From Candidatus Calditenuis fumarioli (GTDB lineage: Archaea > Thermoproteota > Nitrososphaeria_A > Caldarchaeales > Calditenuaceae): a stretch of DNA of 64,000 nucleotides. The stretch lies in contig JANVYR010000001.1 of assembly GCA_030059665.1 (NCBI GenBank), positions 256,001 to 320,000 on the forward strand, in the 5' to 3' direction. A program made the translations under genes and the position numbers. Shown here in pieces: positions 1-8,586 of this stretch (positions are counted from its first letter, which is position 1; each line of letters begins with the position of its first letter). The notes under the pieces were generated by a model. It was given only the letters and a program-made list of their open reading frames with translations, ran no database searches and was not told the origin of the DNA.

Positions 1-1
1 C

Positions 2-313
2 ATAGGGGTGACCACCAACAACGTCGCGGAGTACAGGGCCCTGATCGAGGGCCTGAGAAGGTGCCTCGAGCTCGGGTGCAGGAGGGTCAGGGTGTGTTCT
101 GACAGCGAGCTCCTAGTCAAGCAGCTGCGTGGCGATTACAGGGTCAGGAGCAGGAACCTGATCGCGCTGCACGGAGAGGCGCTGGAGCTGATGCGGTCCT
201 TCGAGTCCGTGGAGGTGGTCCACGTTTCGAGGGAACTGAACGTGGAGGCAGACCGCCTCGCGAAGAGCGCCGCGAAGACGGGGACTGGGGAGACGAGGTC
301 TCGAGGACGGTGA
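2..313 (+). CDS. rnhA: Ribonuclease HI family protein (5'-truncated by window edge)
   Basis: TNNVAEYRALIEGL, SDSELLVKQLRGDYRV and RELNVEADRLA are RNase HI motifs; frame is open to the window start. Confidence 0.9.
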   Translation: MGVTTNNVAEYRALIEGLRRCLELGCRRVRVCSDSELLVKQLRGDYRVRSRNLIALHGEALELMRSFESVEVVHVSRELNVEADRLAKSAAKTGTGETRSRGR

Positions 314-654
314 GCCGGGATCAGGTAGATGAGCGGCCGTGCAGCGACCGGGACGAAATGACCAAGTACATAATCGGCGCCACGGCGGTCAAGATGGTCA
401 GGACCGGGCTGGAGGTCTACAGGGACTTCCTGATGTCGTTCTCAGAGCGGTTCATGGGAGGGCACAACGTTCCGCGGGAGGACAAGGAGGCCGTCCACCT
501 CGAGGTGAGCTGGGTGGAGGAACTCCTCTCGAGGCTTCCTCAGGACAGGGAGCTGGTCCTGGAAAACCCCAAGGCGACGGAGCTGGAGAGGCTCAGGGTC
601 GGTCTGGAGGTCTTCAGAACGCTGGCCGAGTACTCTAAGTCGAGGCTGAGCTAG
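310..654 (+). CDS. Hypothetical helical protein; probably extends to 759 through an in-frame TAG
   Basis: GTGA overlap with rnhA, host-like codons, internal repeat (RTGLEVYR / RVGLEVFR); see finding. Confidence 0.65.
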   Translation: MSRDQVDERPCSDRDEMTKYIIGATAVKMVRTGLEVYRDFLMSFSERFMGGHNVPREDKEAVHLEVSWVEELLSRLPQDRELVLENPKATELERLRVGLEVFRTLAEYSKSRLS

Positions 655-746
655 GTCCGGCCGGGAGCGCCGCTGAAGGATCTGAACTCAGCTCTGAAGA
701 GGGTCTCGGAGGAGCTCGAGTCTCCGAGGTTCGCGGTGGAGCAGCG

Positions 747-1445
747 TCAGGAGGCCTGAGCCCATACGCGCTCGAACTCCCGGGCGAAGGCCCTCGCGAC
801 CTCCCTGTCGTAGATGACCACGACGTTCTCGTCGTTCTCGTCCTCCGCGGACGCAGTGAAGTTGTAGCTCCCGGTGATCACCGTCTCGTCGTCGATCACC
901 ACGAACTTGTGGTGCATCAATTCCGAATTGCCGTCGAGCCTCACGTCGATGCCCGCGCTCTTCAGCCGCTGGTACTCGGACCCTCTGACGTCGGCCTGTT
1001 GCCGCTCGATGACGACCCTCACCTCGACGCCCCTCTGGTGTGCCCTGATGAGGGCTTCCGCAATCGGGTCGCTGGTGAACGAGTAGACCGCGACAAGAAC
1101 CCTGCTCTTGGCCGAGTCTATCAATGAGACTATCAGGGAGGCGCAGTTCATCGTCTTCGAGAAGCAGACCTCCCCCACTCCCCCGACAACTCGGGTGAAC
1201 GTCGTCGTCACGGTTGCAACGCTCGTGCTCACCACGGTCCGCGTGACTCCCACCGTGGTCGTCATGAGCGCCGTCTGGGTGACGGTACCTCCGGGCCTGG
1301 TAACGGTGGTCGTCGCGAGGGTCCTGATGGTCTCGGTGACCGTGACCGTGCCCCTGCCGTAGGCGCCGGCCGCGAAGCCCGCGACGAAGCCGAGGATCAG
1401 CACCGCGACGACTAGGACGGCAGATACCCCAGCGGTCCTGCTCAT
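747..1445 (-). CDS. Membrane-anchored phospholipase D-family (Nuc-like) nuclease
   Basis: Single HxKxxxxD motif (MHHKFVVIDD), GSYNFT and ENDEN motifs; N-terminal TM helix and Thr/Val-rich linker; start re-assigned to ATG 1445. Confidence 0.85.
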   Translation of the reverse strand: MSRTAGVSAVLVVAVLILGFVAGFAAGAYGRGTVTVTETIRTLATTTVTRPGGTVTQTALMTTTVGVTRTVVSTSVATVTTTFTRVVGGVGEVCFSKTMNCASLIVSLIDSAKSRVLVAVYSFTSDPIAEALIRAHQRGVEVRVVIERQQADVRGSEYQRLKSAGIDVRLDGNSELMHHKFVVIDDETVITGSYNFTASAEDENDENVVVIYDREVARAFAREFERVWAQAS

Positions 1446-1539
1446 GCGCTTCCCAACCCCTCGCTTTATTTCAACGTCCCGGACCTCCGAAGCATAGAAC
1501 TGGTTAAGGAATTTCTGAAGGATCGGGGTTTCGATCTGC

Positions 1540-2757
1540 GTGCAGCCCGCCAGGCGCGTCGAGCTCCAGAGGGGCCAGACGCTGCTGATGAAGGGCCCTG
1601 CTTCGGCGAGGTGCGTGGCCGGTAGCGTGGACGTCTTCGGGTACAGGCCCACGTCCCGGGAGCTGATGGTGGCGAGGCCCTGGAAGACGCTGCCGATCCA
1701 CGCGCTCGAGGACTCGGTGCTCGAGGTCAGTGCCGGACCGGGGAGCTCGACGGAGCTGCTGGACTTCGACGCGATCCCCAGGGAGTGGAGGGAGCTGCCG
1801 GAGAAACTCGGTAAAGAGTTCAGGGTCGCGTTCCTCGGCCGGGTCGACTCGGGCAAGACCTCGTTCCTCCTGCTCTCCCTGAACAGCAGGGTTGGAGAGG
1901 GTCCGGTGACGGTGGTAGATCTGGACGTCGGCCAGCCGGAGCTCTGCCCTCCCACGACCTTCGCCGTGGCAGAGGCGCGCGCACCCACCTACAGGCTCTC
2001 CTCCGTGAACGCGGCTGCCGTGTACCCCTTCGGGTTCACCTCGCCCTCCTACGCGATCTCGCGGTCCGTGGAGCTGATCAGGAGGCACATGGGCCGCCTC
2101 GCGGAGTCGGAAAGGGTCCTGCTGAACCTGGACGGGTGGGTGGACGGTGAGGAGGCCCTACACCACAAGGCCTCCATCGTCAGGGCCCTGAGGCCGACCG
2201 ACGTGGTCGCGATCGAGGCAGAGGTGTCCGGGGAGCTGCGGGAGGCCTGCGACGAGGTCGGCGCGGAGGTCCACCGGGTCGAGCGTCCCCCAACGGTCCC
2301 CAGGAGGGACAAGGAGGAGAGGAAGCGGGCAAGGGAGATGGGCTACGCGTCGGCGTTGAGGGGTGCCTCGCTGCGCCAGACGGTCAAGTCCTGGGTGACT
2401 TACTACCCGGTCAACTCGGACGACCCCATCCGCGATCCCGAGCTGTACCTGCTTGAGGTGATGAAGGACATCGAGACGAGGAGCCTGGACATCGGTCTGG
2501 ACCTGCCGGAGGATTACGGAACCGAGCCTGACCTCGGCAGAGCAGGTGCGGGCCTGCTTTCGTACGTGACCGACGAGGAGGGGAAGGTCCTGGGGCTGGC
2601 GCTGCTGGTGGGGTTCTCCAGGGAGAGGAACCTGGTGAGGCTGCTCACCAACCACCAGGGACCGATCCGGCACCTCAGGCTGGGGGCCGTGGTCCTCTCG
2701 CAGGGGTTCGAGGAGCTCTGCGTCGTGAGCCCGCCGGCTCTCAGGACCGGGAGCTGA
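1540..2757 (+). CDS. Clp1/Nol9-family polynucleotide 5'-OH kinase
   Basis: Walker A GRVDSGKTS, DLDVGQ motif, LNLDGWV motif. Confidence 0.85.
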   Translation: MQPARRVELQRGQTLLMKGPASARCVAGSVDVFGYRPTSRELMVARPWKTLPIHALEDSVLEVSAGPGSSTELLDFDAIPREWRELPEKLGKEFRVAFLGRVDSGKTSFLLLSLNSRVGEGPVTVVDLDVGQPELCPPTTFAVAEARAPTYRLSSVNAAAVYPFGFTSPSYAISRSVELIRRHMGRLAESERVLLNLDGWVDGEEALHHKASIVRALRPTDVVAIEAEVSGELREACDEVGAEVHRVERPPTVPRRDKEERKRAREMGYASALRGASLRQTVKSWVTYYPVNSDDPIRDPELYLLEVMKDIETRSLDIGLDLPEDYGTEPDLGRAGAGLLSYVTDEEGKVLGLALLVGFSRERNLVRLLTNHQGPIRHLRLGAVVLSQGFEELCVVSPPALRTGS

Positions 2758-3199
2758 GACCGGTGCCCTCCTCCACTATCTCCATCGGCTCCTGCTCGAA
2801 CCTCCGCAGGACTCCGTCCAGCCTCCAGGCGGCAATACCCCTCACCTCATTCCCCGAGACGGAGGCGATCACGTAGGTGAACCCAGGGAAAGCGTGCTCC
2901 AGGTCGTAGGCGCTCGGTATCGCCGGGTAGTCCGGGTGGCTGTGGAAGACGCCGATGACGATCCGGCCCCTCTGGGCCTCCTCCCTCTCCACCGCCATGT
3001 ACTCAAGGGGGTCTATCGAGTACCTCGTCCGGCGGGTTCCGTTGAAGGCGTTCCTCATGGGCACCACCCGCTCCACCACCCTCACGCCGTCGACGACCCT
3101 CCCCACCAGCAGCCCGCACCCCTCCTCTGGGTATGCCCTGATCAGGTGGTTCAGCATCTCGTCGAGGAGGCGTCTCGGGATCCGGATCATCCGGTTCAC
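2741..3199 (-). CDS. JAMM/MPN+ (Mov34) metalloprotease, desampylase/Mec-like
   Basis: EEGCGLLVG plus HSHPDYPAIPSAYD (HxH-x7-S-x2-D). Confidence 0.9.
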   Translation of the reverse strand: MNRMIRIPRRLLDEMLNHLIRAYPEEGCGLLVGRVVDGVRVVERVVPMRNAFNGTRRTRYSIDPLEYMAVEREEAQRGRIVIGVFHSHPDYPAIPSAYDLEHAFPGFTYVIASVSGNEVRGIAAWRLDGVLRRFEQEPMEIVEEGTGLSSRS

Positions 3200-3316
3200 A
3201 GCCCTCCTGCGGTTTCTATAAATCTTGACCGAGGAGGCACACCGGTTCCTGGGAAGCCACAGCGACGCCCTTCAACCAAACTTTATAGCCCACAACTCAC
3301 CTCGTGAGTTGGGATC

Positions 3317-3610
3317 ATGATACAGGGTCTCGAGTGGGTCATCGTCCTCGTCGTGGTACTGGTGCTGTTCCTCTGGGGTCCCGAGAAGCTGCCCAAACTG
3401 GCTAGGGCCGTGGGGCAGGCCAAGAGGGAGTTCGAGAAGGCGAGCAGGGAGGTCCAGGAGGAGCTGACGAGACCGTCCGCTGAAACCTCTCGGGCCGGTG
3501 GTTCCAACGATATAATCCAGATCGCGAGGTCCCTCGGGATCGAGACCGAGGGGAAGACCAGGGAGCAGATAGCCGACGAGATCGCTGCCAAGCTGAAGAA
3601 GGCAACGTAG
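3317..3610 (+). CDS. tatA: Twin-arginine translocase TatA/E subunit
   Basis: N-terminal TM, WGPEKLPKLARAVGQAKREF hinge and amphipathic helix. Confidence 0.9.
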   Translation: MIQGLEWVIVLVVVLVLFLWGPEKLPKLARAVGQAKREFEKASREVQEELTRPSAETSRAGGSNDIIQIARSLGIETEGKTREQIADEIAAKLKKAT

Positions 3611-3613
3611 GCC

Positions 3614-3865
3614 ATGCTCTCTCCGCTCGAGCTAGTGTTCATCGTGGCCGTCATCGCGTTCCTTTGGGTGCTGCTGAAGCCAGACGTCATCGTGAAGTGG
3701 GCCCGCGGTCTGGGGAGGCTAGCGGGTGAGGTGAGGAGGGGCCAGGAGGAGGACGACCTCATCCGGGTCGCAAGGGAGCTGGGGATCGAGACGGAGGGCA
3801 AGGAAAGAGGGGAGATCCTCGAGGAAGTGGAGAGGAGGCTCAGGTCCAGCTCTAAAGGGGCCTGA
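3614..3865 (+). CDS. Second TatA/E-like paralog
   Basis: TM plus amphipathic helix (WARGLGRLAGEVRR); shares the LGIETEGK C-terminal motif with the upstream gene. Confidence 0.75.
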   Translation: MLSPLELVFIVAVIAFLWVLLKPDVIVKWARGLGRLAGEVRRGQEEDDLIRVARELGIETEGKERGEILEEVERRLRSSSKGA

Positions 3866-3869
3866 AAGG

Positions 3870-3892
3870 AAAAAATCCGAACGGGTGTTTTG
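3870..3892. terminator. Probable bidirectional T-tract terminator between convergent tat and basic-protein genes
   Basis: A6 at 3870-3875 (T6 on -) and TTTT at about 3888-3891 on +. Confidence 0.4.
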
Positions 3893-3907
3893 GCCGTTCT
3901 CCTCAGC

Positions 3908-4093
3908 TCAGCCGGTCGGCGTCGGCGGCTTCTCGGCAGGTGCCTTCTCCGCTGGCGGCTTCTCTGCCTTGGCGACCTTCTTGGCAGCCTTCTTCACCGC
4001 TCTCTTGGCGCCCTTCGCAGCCTTCTTGGCTCCCTTCTTAGCAGCCCTTCCCATCTTCTTCCCACCCTTCTTCGCAGACTTCTTGGCGGGCAT
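3908..4093 (-). CDS. Small Lys/Ala-rich basic protein, histone H1 tail-like
   Basis: 61 aa with 20 Lys (all AAG) and 16 Ala; GGTGA RBS 3 nt before ATG; AT-rich/TATA element upstream; T-tract downstream. Confidence 0.8.
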   Translation of the reverse strand: MPAKKSAKKGGKKMGRAAKKGAKKAAKGAKRAVKKAAKKVAKAEKPPAEKAPAEKPPTPTG

Positions 4094-4162
4094 CGTTCAC
4101 CACTCACGATTTATTGTAAAACATTGGTATAAGAATCTTCTGCAACGCGCGGTGAATGTGGA

Positions 4163-4768
4163 ATGAGGTTCGGTGTGCTGGTGCTGGCAGCTGGGGGATC
4201 CACCAGGATGAGGGGCAGGTTCAAGCTGCTGGAGGACCTCGGGGGCAGGCCGGTGGTCAGGTGGGCAGTGGAGGCGGCGATGGGTTCAGGCTGCAGGCCC
4301 GTGATGGTCGTGCTCGGAGCCAGGGCGGAGGAGGTGAGGAGGGTGCTTCCTGAAACGGTCGAGGTCGTGGTGAACGAGGCCTGGCGTGAGGGGATGTCCA
4401 GCAGCATCAGGGCCGGCGTGGGATCGCTGCCTCCTGGAACCGGTGGGGTCGTGATTTGCCTCGGTGACATGCCCTTCGTCACGCCGGGGACCATCGATCG
4501 ACTGGCTTCGGCCGCAGCCGAGCACGGGATAGCCTACTGCAGGTCGGGCGAAGAGGTGAGGAGCCCATCCGCGTTCAGGTCCGAGTTCTTCGGAGATCTC
4601 CTCCGGCTGAGGGGTGACGCGGGCGCCAAGGACGTGATCAGGCGGAACCCCAGCAGGGCGGTTGGTGTCGATGTGGACCCGGTGGAGCTGCTGGACGTAG
4701 ACACCGAGGAGGAGCTTGAGGCCGCAAGGAGGATAGCACAGGAAAGGGGACTGGGGTGGAAAAGATAG
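4163..4768 (+). CDS. mocA: Molybdenum cofactor cytidylyltransferase/NTP-transferase (MocA-like)
   Basis: VLAAGGSTRM...KLL, GMSSSIRAG, LGDMP, GDAGAK and DVDT motifs. Confidence 0.85.
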   Translation: MRFGVLVLAAGGSTRMRGRFKLLEDLGGRPVVRWAVEAAMGSGCRPVMVVLGARAEEVRRVLPETVEVVVNEAWREGMSSSIRAGVGSLPPGTGGVVICLGDMPFVTPGTIDRLASAAAEHGIAYCRSGEEVRSPSAFRSEFFGDLLRLRGDAGAKDVIRRNPSRAVGVDVDPVELLDVDTEEELEAARRIAQERGLGWKR

Positions 4769-4807
4769 CCCAAAAAAGGTATGGTGGTCCCAGGATGCTG
4801 ACGGTCG

Positions 4808-5386
4808 TCAGGTCTTCCTGCGCCAGGCGAGGACGTACCCGAGTCCGCCGGCCAGCACGCCGATCCCCAGTATGATGATGAACACCGCTATCCAGAGCGG
4901 GTAGCCTCCGGGGATGGAGTAGAAGACTTTCTCGTGGACCTCCTGAACCGTCCACCCCTTGCCTCCGACCGCGGGCGGCAGCATGGCGGCCCCTGCCAGG
5001 TACCCTCCGATCATCATCAGCCAGGTAGCTCCTATGACGCCTACGTTCATGAAGATCAGGTGTATCCATGCCAGCAGGTTGAGCGAGCCGGAGTAGGGCT
5101 TACCCAGGGTCACCTCGATGTGGTGGTAGAACAGCGCGGTCACCGCAACGCCGATGACGCCGACGATCAGGTAGGTGACGTACCCGACCGTGAACCAGGT
5201 CCCTGCGCTGCCACCCGCGATGACCCTCGAGACCTCTGGCTTCAGCCACGCGAACTGACCTAGGACGAAGTAGGCCGTGAGGATCAGCGCCAGCGCCCCC
5301 TGCACGATCGCCGCAGCGATGAACCGGTTAGCCCAGGTGGAGACGCGACCGGACATACCCATCACCCGCACCATTTGATATGCCAT
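4808..5386 (-). CDS. Multi-pass membrane protein of unknown function
   Basis: About 5 hydrophobic helices, WIHL motif, host-like codons. Confidence 0.75.
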   Translation of the reverse strand: MAYQMVRVMGMSGRVSTWANRFIAAAIVQGALALILTAYFVLGQFAWLKPEVSRVIAGGSAGTWFTVGYVTYLIVGVIGVAVTALFYHHIEVTLGKPYSGSLNLLAWIHLIFMNVGVIGATWLMMIGGYLAGAAMLPPAVGGKGWTVQEVHEKVFYSIPGGYPLWIAVFIIILGIGVLAGGLGYVLAWRRKT

Positions 5387-5449
5387 CCCCGTATTTAGTT
5401 ATCACCGGTGCAGAAAATTGTAACCAAATGTGCGCAAATTTGTAAAGCG

Positions 5450-5746
5450 TTAGCCGCCGCCGAAGAGGAGCCCCATCCCCGAGAGGGAGCGCTCGTCCTC
5501 CTCCTTCAGGGCTTTGACGACCTCCTCGAGCTCGGCCCCTGTCACCACGCGGCCGTCCTCGCCGACCAGCTCCTTGGCCCTGGTCTCCTGCTCCTCGGTC
5601 CCCATCACCCGTATGTAGTAGCCCTCCCTTCCGGTAAGCAGCTTGGCGTCCCGAGAGATCACGCTCGCCCTCGAAGCTAGGTCGTCGGAGAGTATCCTCG
5701 AAAGGACCTTGTCGTGCTTCTCCCCCGGAACCCAGATCACCAGCAC
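5450..5746 (-). CDS. Archaeal hypothetical protein
   Basis: Host-like ORF directly downstream of argG; likely GTG start at 5746. Confidence 0.65.
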   Translation of the reverse strand: MLVIWVPGEKHDKVLSRILSDDLASRASVISRDAKLLTGREGYYIRVMGTEEQETRAKELVGEDGRVVTGAELEEVVKALKEEDERSLSGMGLLFGGG

Positions 5747-5810
5747 ACCACGATCTGAGGATCGCACCTAAAGTGGGTTCGGCTCTTCGATCGCGAGCGC
5801 TGGAACCCCC

Positions 5811-6998
5811 TCACCTGACGCCCCTCCTGGCCCTGTTCAGGATCCTCGTCTCGAGGGACCAGAGCCTGGAGAAGGCCTCGCCGGCGCGCTGGTCGAAGGT
5901 GCTCATGCCGGAGTAGGTGATCAGCTCCTCCGAGTAGGCCGAGAACCCGCTCCTCCTCCCCATCACCCTGAGAGACCCCTTCTCGAGCCTGAGCCTGACC
6001 TCTCCCGTGACCACCTTCTGCGTCTCCTCGATGAAGGCGTCGAGCGCCCTCCTGAGCGGGTCGTGCCAGAGGCCCGCGTAGGCGAGCCAGGTCCACTCCT
6101 CCTCGACCGCCCTCTTGAAGGCCAGGGTCCTCCTCCCCAGCACCAGCTTCTCGAGGTCCCTGTGGGCCCGGATCAGGACGGTCGCCGCGGGCGCCTCGTA
6201 GACCTCCCTCGACTTAAGCCCGATCACCCTGTCCTCGATGTGGTCAATCAGGCCGATGCCGTGTCTCCCAGCGCGGAAGTTCAGGTGGGTGATCATCGCC
6301 TCCAGGGGCATCCTCTCGCCGTTGACGGAGACAGGCGCACCTCTTTCGAACTCCACCGTGATCTCCTCGCCCTCGGGCCACTCGGACGGAGGCCTCAGGA
6401 ACTTGAAGGCGTCCCAGTCGACGGGGTGCCACGGGTCCTCGAGGTCGCCCGCCTCGATGGACCTACCCCAGAGGTTCTCGTCGATGCTGTACTTGCTCTT
6501 CTTGAGGTCCAGCTTGAGCCCCCTCGACCTGGCGTACTCGATCTCCTGGTCCCTGCTCATACCCCACTCCCTCACCGGCGCTATCACCCTCATCTCCGGC
6601 ACGAGGACGGAGAAGGTAGCGTCGAACCTCAGCTGGTCGTTCCCCTTCCCGGTGCAACCGTGTGCCACCGCATCGCACCCCTCCTTCTTGGCGACCCTGG
6701 CAACCTCCTCCGCGATCAGGTACCTGCTGAGGGCGGTCGAGACCGGGTACTCACCCTCGTAGAGCGCGTTCGCCTTGATGGCAGGCTTCACGAACTCCTC
6801 CGCGAACCTGGACTTCCCGTCGATGAGGTAGTGCTTGACCGCACCGGCATCGTAGGCCCTCCGCTCGACCTCCTCGAAGTCCTCGGGCTGGCCGACGTCG
6901 ACCGTCACGGTGATGACCTCGGCGTTGTACTTCTCCTGGAGCCACTTGATCGAGACCGTGGTGTCAAGGCCGCCGCTGTAGGCGAGTGCTACCCGCAC
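5811..6998 (-). CDS. argG: Argininosuccinate synthase
   Basis: LAYSGGLDT, HGCTGKGNDQ, YSIDENLWGRSIE and KSREVYEAP motifs. Confidence 0.97.
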   Translation of the reverse strand: MRVALAYSGGLDTTVSIKWLQEKYNAEVITVTVDVGQPEDFEEVERRAYDAGAVKHYLIDGKSRFAEEFVKPAIKANALYEGEYPVSTALSRYLIAEEVARVAKKEGCDAVAHGCTGKGNDQLRFDATFSVLVPEMRVIAPVREWGMSRDQEIEYARSRGLKLDLKKSKYSIDENLWGRSIEAGDLEDPWHPVDWDAFKFLRPPSEWPEGEEITVEFERGAPVSVNGERMPLEAMITHLNFRAGRHGIGLIDHIEDRVIGLKSREVYEAPAATVLIRAHRDLEKLVLGRRTLAFKRAVEEEWTWLAYAGLWHDPLRRALDAFIEETQKVVTGEVRLRLEKGSLRVMGRRSGFSAYSEELITYSGMSTFDQRAGEAFSRLWSLETRILNRARRGVR

Positions 6999-7046
6999 AC
7001 CGACACGCCCCGGTCCACGCTAATAGACCCTATCCCGCCAGGCCCC

Positions 7047-7554
7047 TCAGACCTCGACTACCTCAGCCTCCATCCTATCGAGGTCCAGGACCGCGAAGGT
7101 CGACCTGCCGGTCAGGGCTCCGTAGACCTCTCCCGGGTTCAGAACGAGCGTCTGCCCGACGCGCCGGAGGTCAATTCTGTGCGTGTGGCCGTAGAGAACC
7201 GCGTCCCACCTGTCCGAGACCGCGAGGGCCTCCACTACCCTGACGAGCGTGTCCGCCGAGCCGAAGCCCGTGGACCAGCAGCCTCCTCCCTCCCAGCTCC
7301 AGCTCGTGGGGCCAGTGCGCCAGCTCGATCCCGGACCTCGACGCGACCGAATGAAGCATCAGCGGGTCTCCGTCGTTGTTGCCGAGGACGGCCACGACCC
7401 TCGGGGCAGCACCGGAGAGCTCGCGCAACGTGAACGGGCTAGTGAAGTCTCCGAGGTGGACAACGGCCTCAACGCCCCTCTCCCTGGCGAGCGAGAGGGC
7501 CGACCTCAGCTTGACGAGGTTGTCGTGGGTGTCCGAGAGGACGGCGACCTTCAC
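7047..7554 (-). pseudogene. YfcE/MJ0936-family metallophosphoesterase, frameshifted
   Basis: SDTHDN, HLGD and GNND in one frame; YGHTH and NPGE in another; junction at the C3 run 7267-7269. Confidence 0.8.
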
Positions 7555-7594
7555 GCGTTGCCTTGCCGTGCGCGGCCGGGAAAAACCTTGCCCC

Positions 7595-8194
7595 TCAGAG
7601 GGCCCGGACCAGCAGGTCCATCGCCAGCACCAAGAGCATCGTCGCAAGCCCGGCGGTCAGAAGCCTCTTCACGGCGAACACGGTCCTGAGGTGGAGGGCA
7701 CGCTCCAGAGCAAGGCCTACCGTGACCAGCAATCCGAGCGAGACGGTCACCGAGGCGTAGGTACCGATCAGGGGGTCCGCGTTCAGCAGGAGCGAGAGCA
7801 AAAAGGGCATCGCGACGATTCCGACGCCGAATGCCGCAGAAAGGCCGTTTACGGTCCCCACGAGGACCGGTGCGCTCCGTGCGACCCTCTGGTAGAGCGT
7901 CCCCTTGAGGTCTGCCAGGATGGCCTCCTCCAGCTTCCTGAGCCTGTGCTCCTGCTCGATCCTCTCCGCTATCCAGGCGCCCGTGAAGCCCGAGATGGCA
8001 GATCCGACGGCCACGGAGAGGACCGTCATCAGCGCCGCCTGGTAAGAGAAGGTCCCCGAGAGGAACATGCCCAGCACGAGGCCCGAGCCGACCATGATAC
8101 CGTCGAAGAAGTTCATCACTGCGACCCGGCGGGCCACATCGGCCGCCTTCGCGATGCTCAGGACCTCCCTCGCCCTGCGGATCAGCTCCATCAC
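7595..8194 (-). CDS. VIT1/CCC1-like membrane protein
   Basis: NFFDGIM motif, AWIAE, five TM segments, coupled to DUF211 gene. Confidence 0.75.
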   Translation of the reverse strand: MMELIRRAREVLSIAKAADVARRVAVMNFFDGIMVGSGLVLGMFLSGTFSYQAALMTVLSVAVGSAISGFTGAWIAERIEQEHRLRKLEEAILADLKGTLYQRVARSAPVLVGTVNGLSAAFGVGIVAMPFLLSLLLNADPLIGTYASVTVSLGLLVTVGLALERALHLRTVFAVKRLLTAGLATMLLVLAMDLLVRAL

Positions 8195-8484
8195 TTCCGC
8201 TCCGGCCTCCTAACCTCGGCCACTACGGCGTCCACCGAGTGGACCACGCCTCCCAGATCGCGGATGGCCTGTGAGATCTCCTCCAGGTCCAGGTCCCTAC
8301 CCTCGACGGTGACCTTGATCGTCTCCGTCTCGGCGTCCACCTCTACCACAGAGGAGTCCACCCGCTCGACGCCCCTCACCCTCGTCAGCTCCAGGGCGAA
8401 CTCGACGACGCTCGGCTGGTGAGGCTTCAACACGTCCAGTACCAGACGGGTGATGTGGGCTTTCCCCTGCGGACCTTCGCCCAC
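8191..8484 (-). CDS. DUF211-family protein
   Basis: RLVLDVLKPHQP...GGVVHSVDAV signature. Confidence 0.85.
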   Translation of the reverse strand: MGEGPQGKAHITRLVLDVLKPHQPSVVEFALELTRVRGVERVDSSVVEVDAETETIKVTVEGRDLDLEEISQAIRDLGGVVHSVDAVVAEVRRPERK

Positions 8485-8586
8485 CGCCTTACCCTCACCT
8501 GGGACGGAAAGGTGCGTCCAGCTATTAAAGCGCGTTGACCCGTTGACTTATAAGCTGAGAGCGCGGGGGGATTTCAGGGGAACGGG

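Noticed and set aside
1446-1988. N-terminal 180 aa of the 747..1988(-) ORF
   Set aside because: Antisense shadow of the Clp1 gene; the real protein begins at the TM segment (ATG 1445)
6063-7433. 456-aa plus-strand ORF, and many similar long antisense/alternate-frame ORFs (e.g. 7376..8422, 22858..23778, 42643..44130, 44828..45874)
   Set aside because: They overlap motif-supported genes, are Pro/Arg/Gly-rich and have no motifs; typical high-GC shadow ORFs
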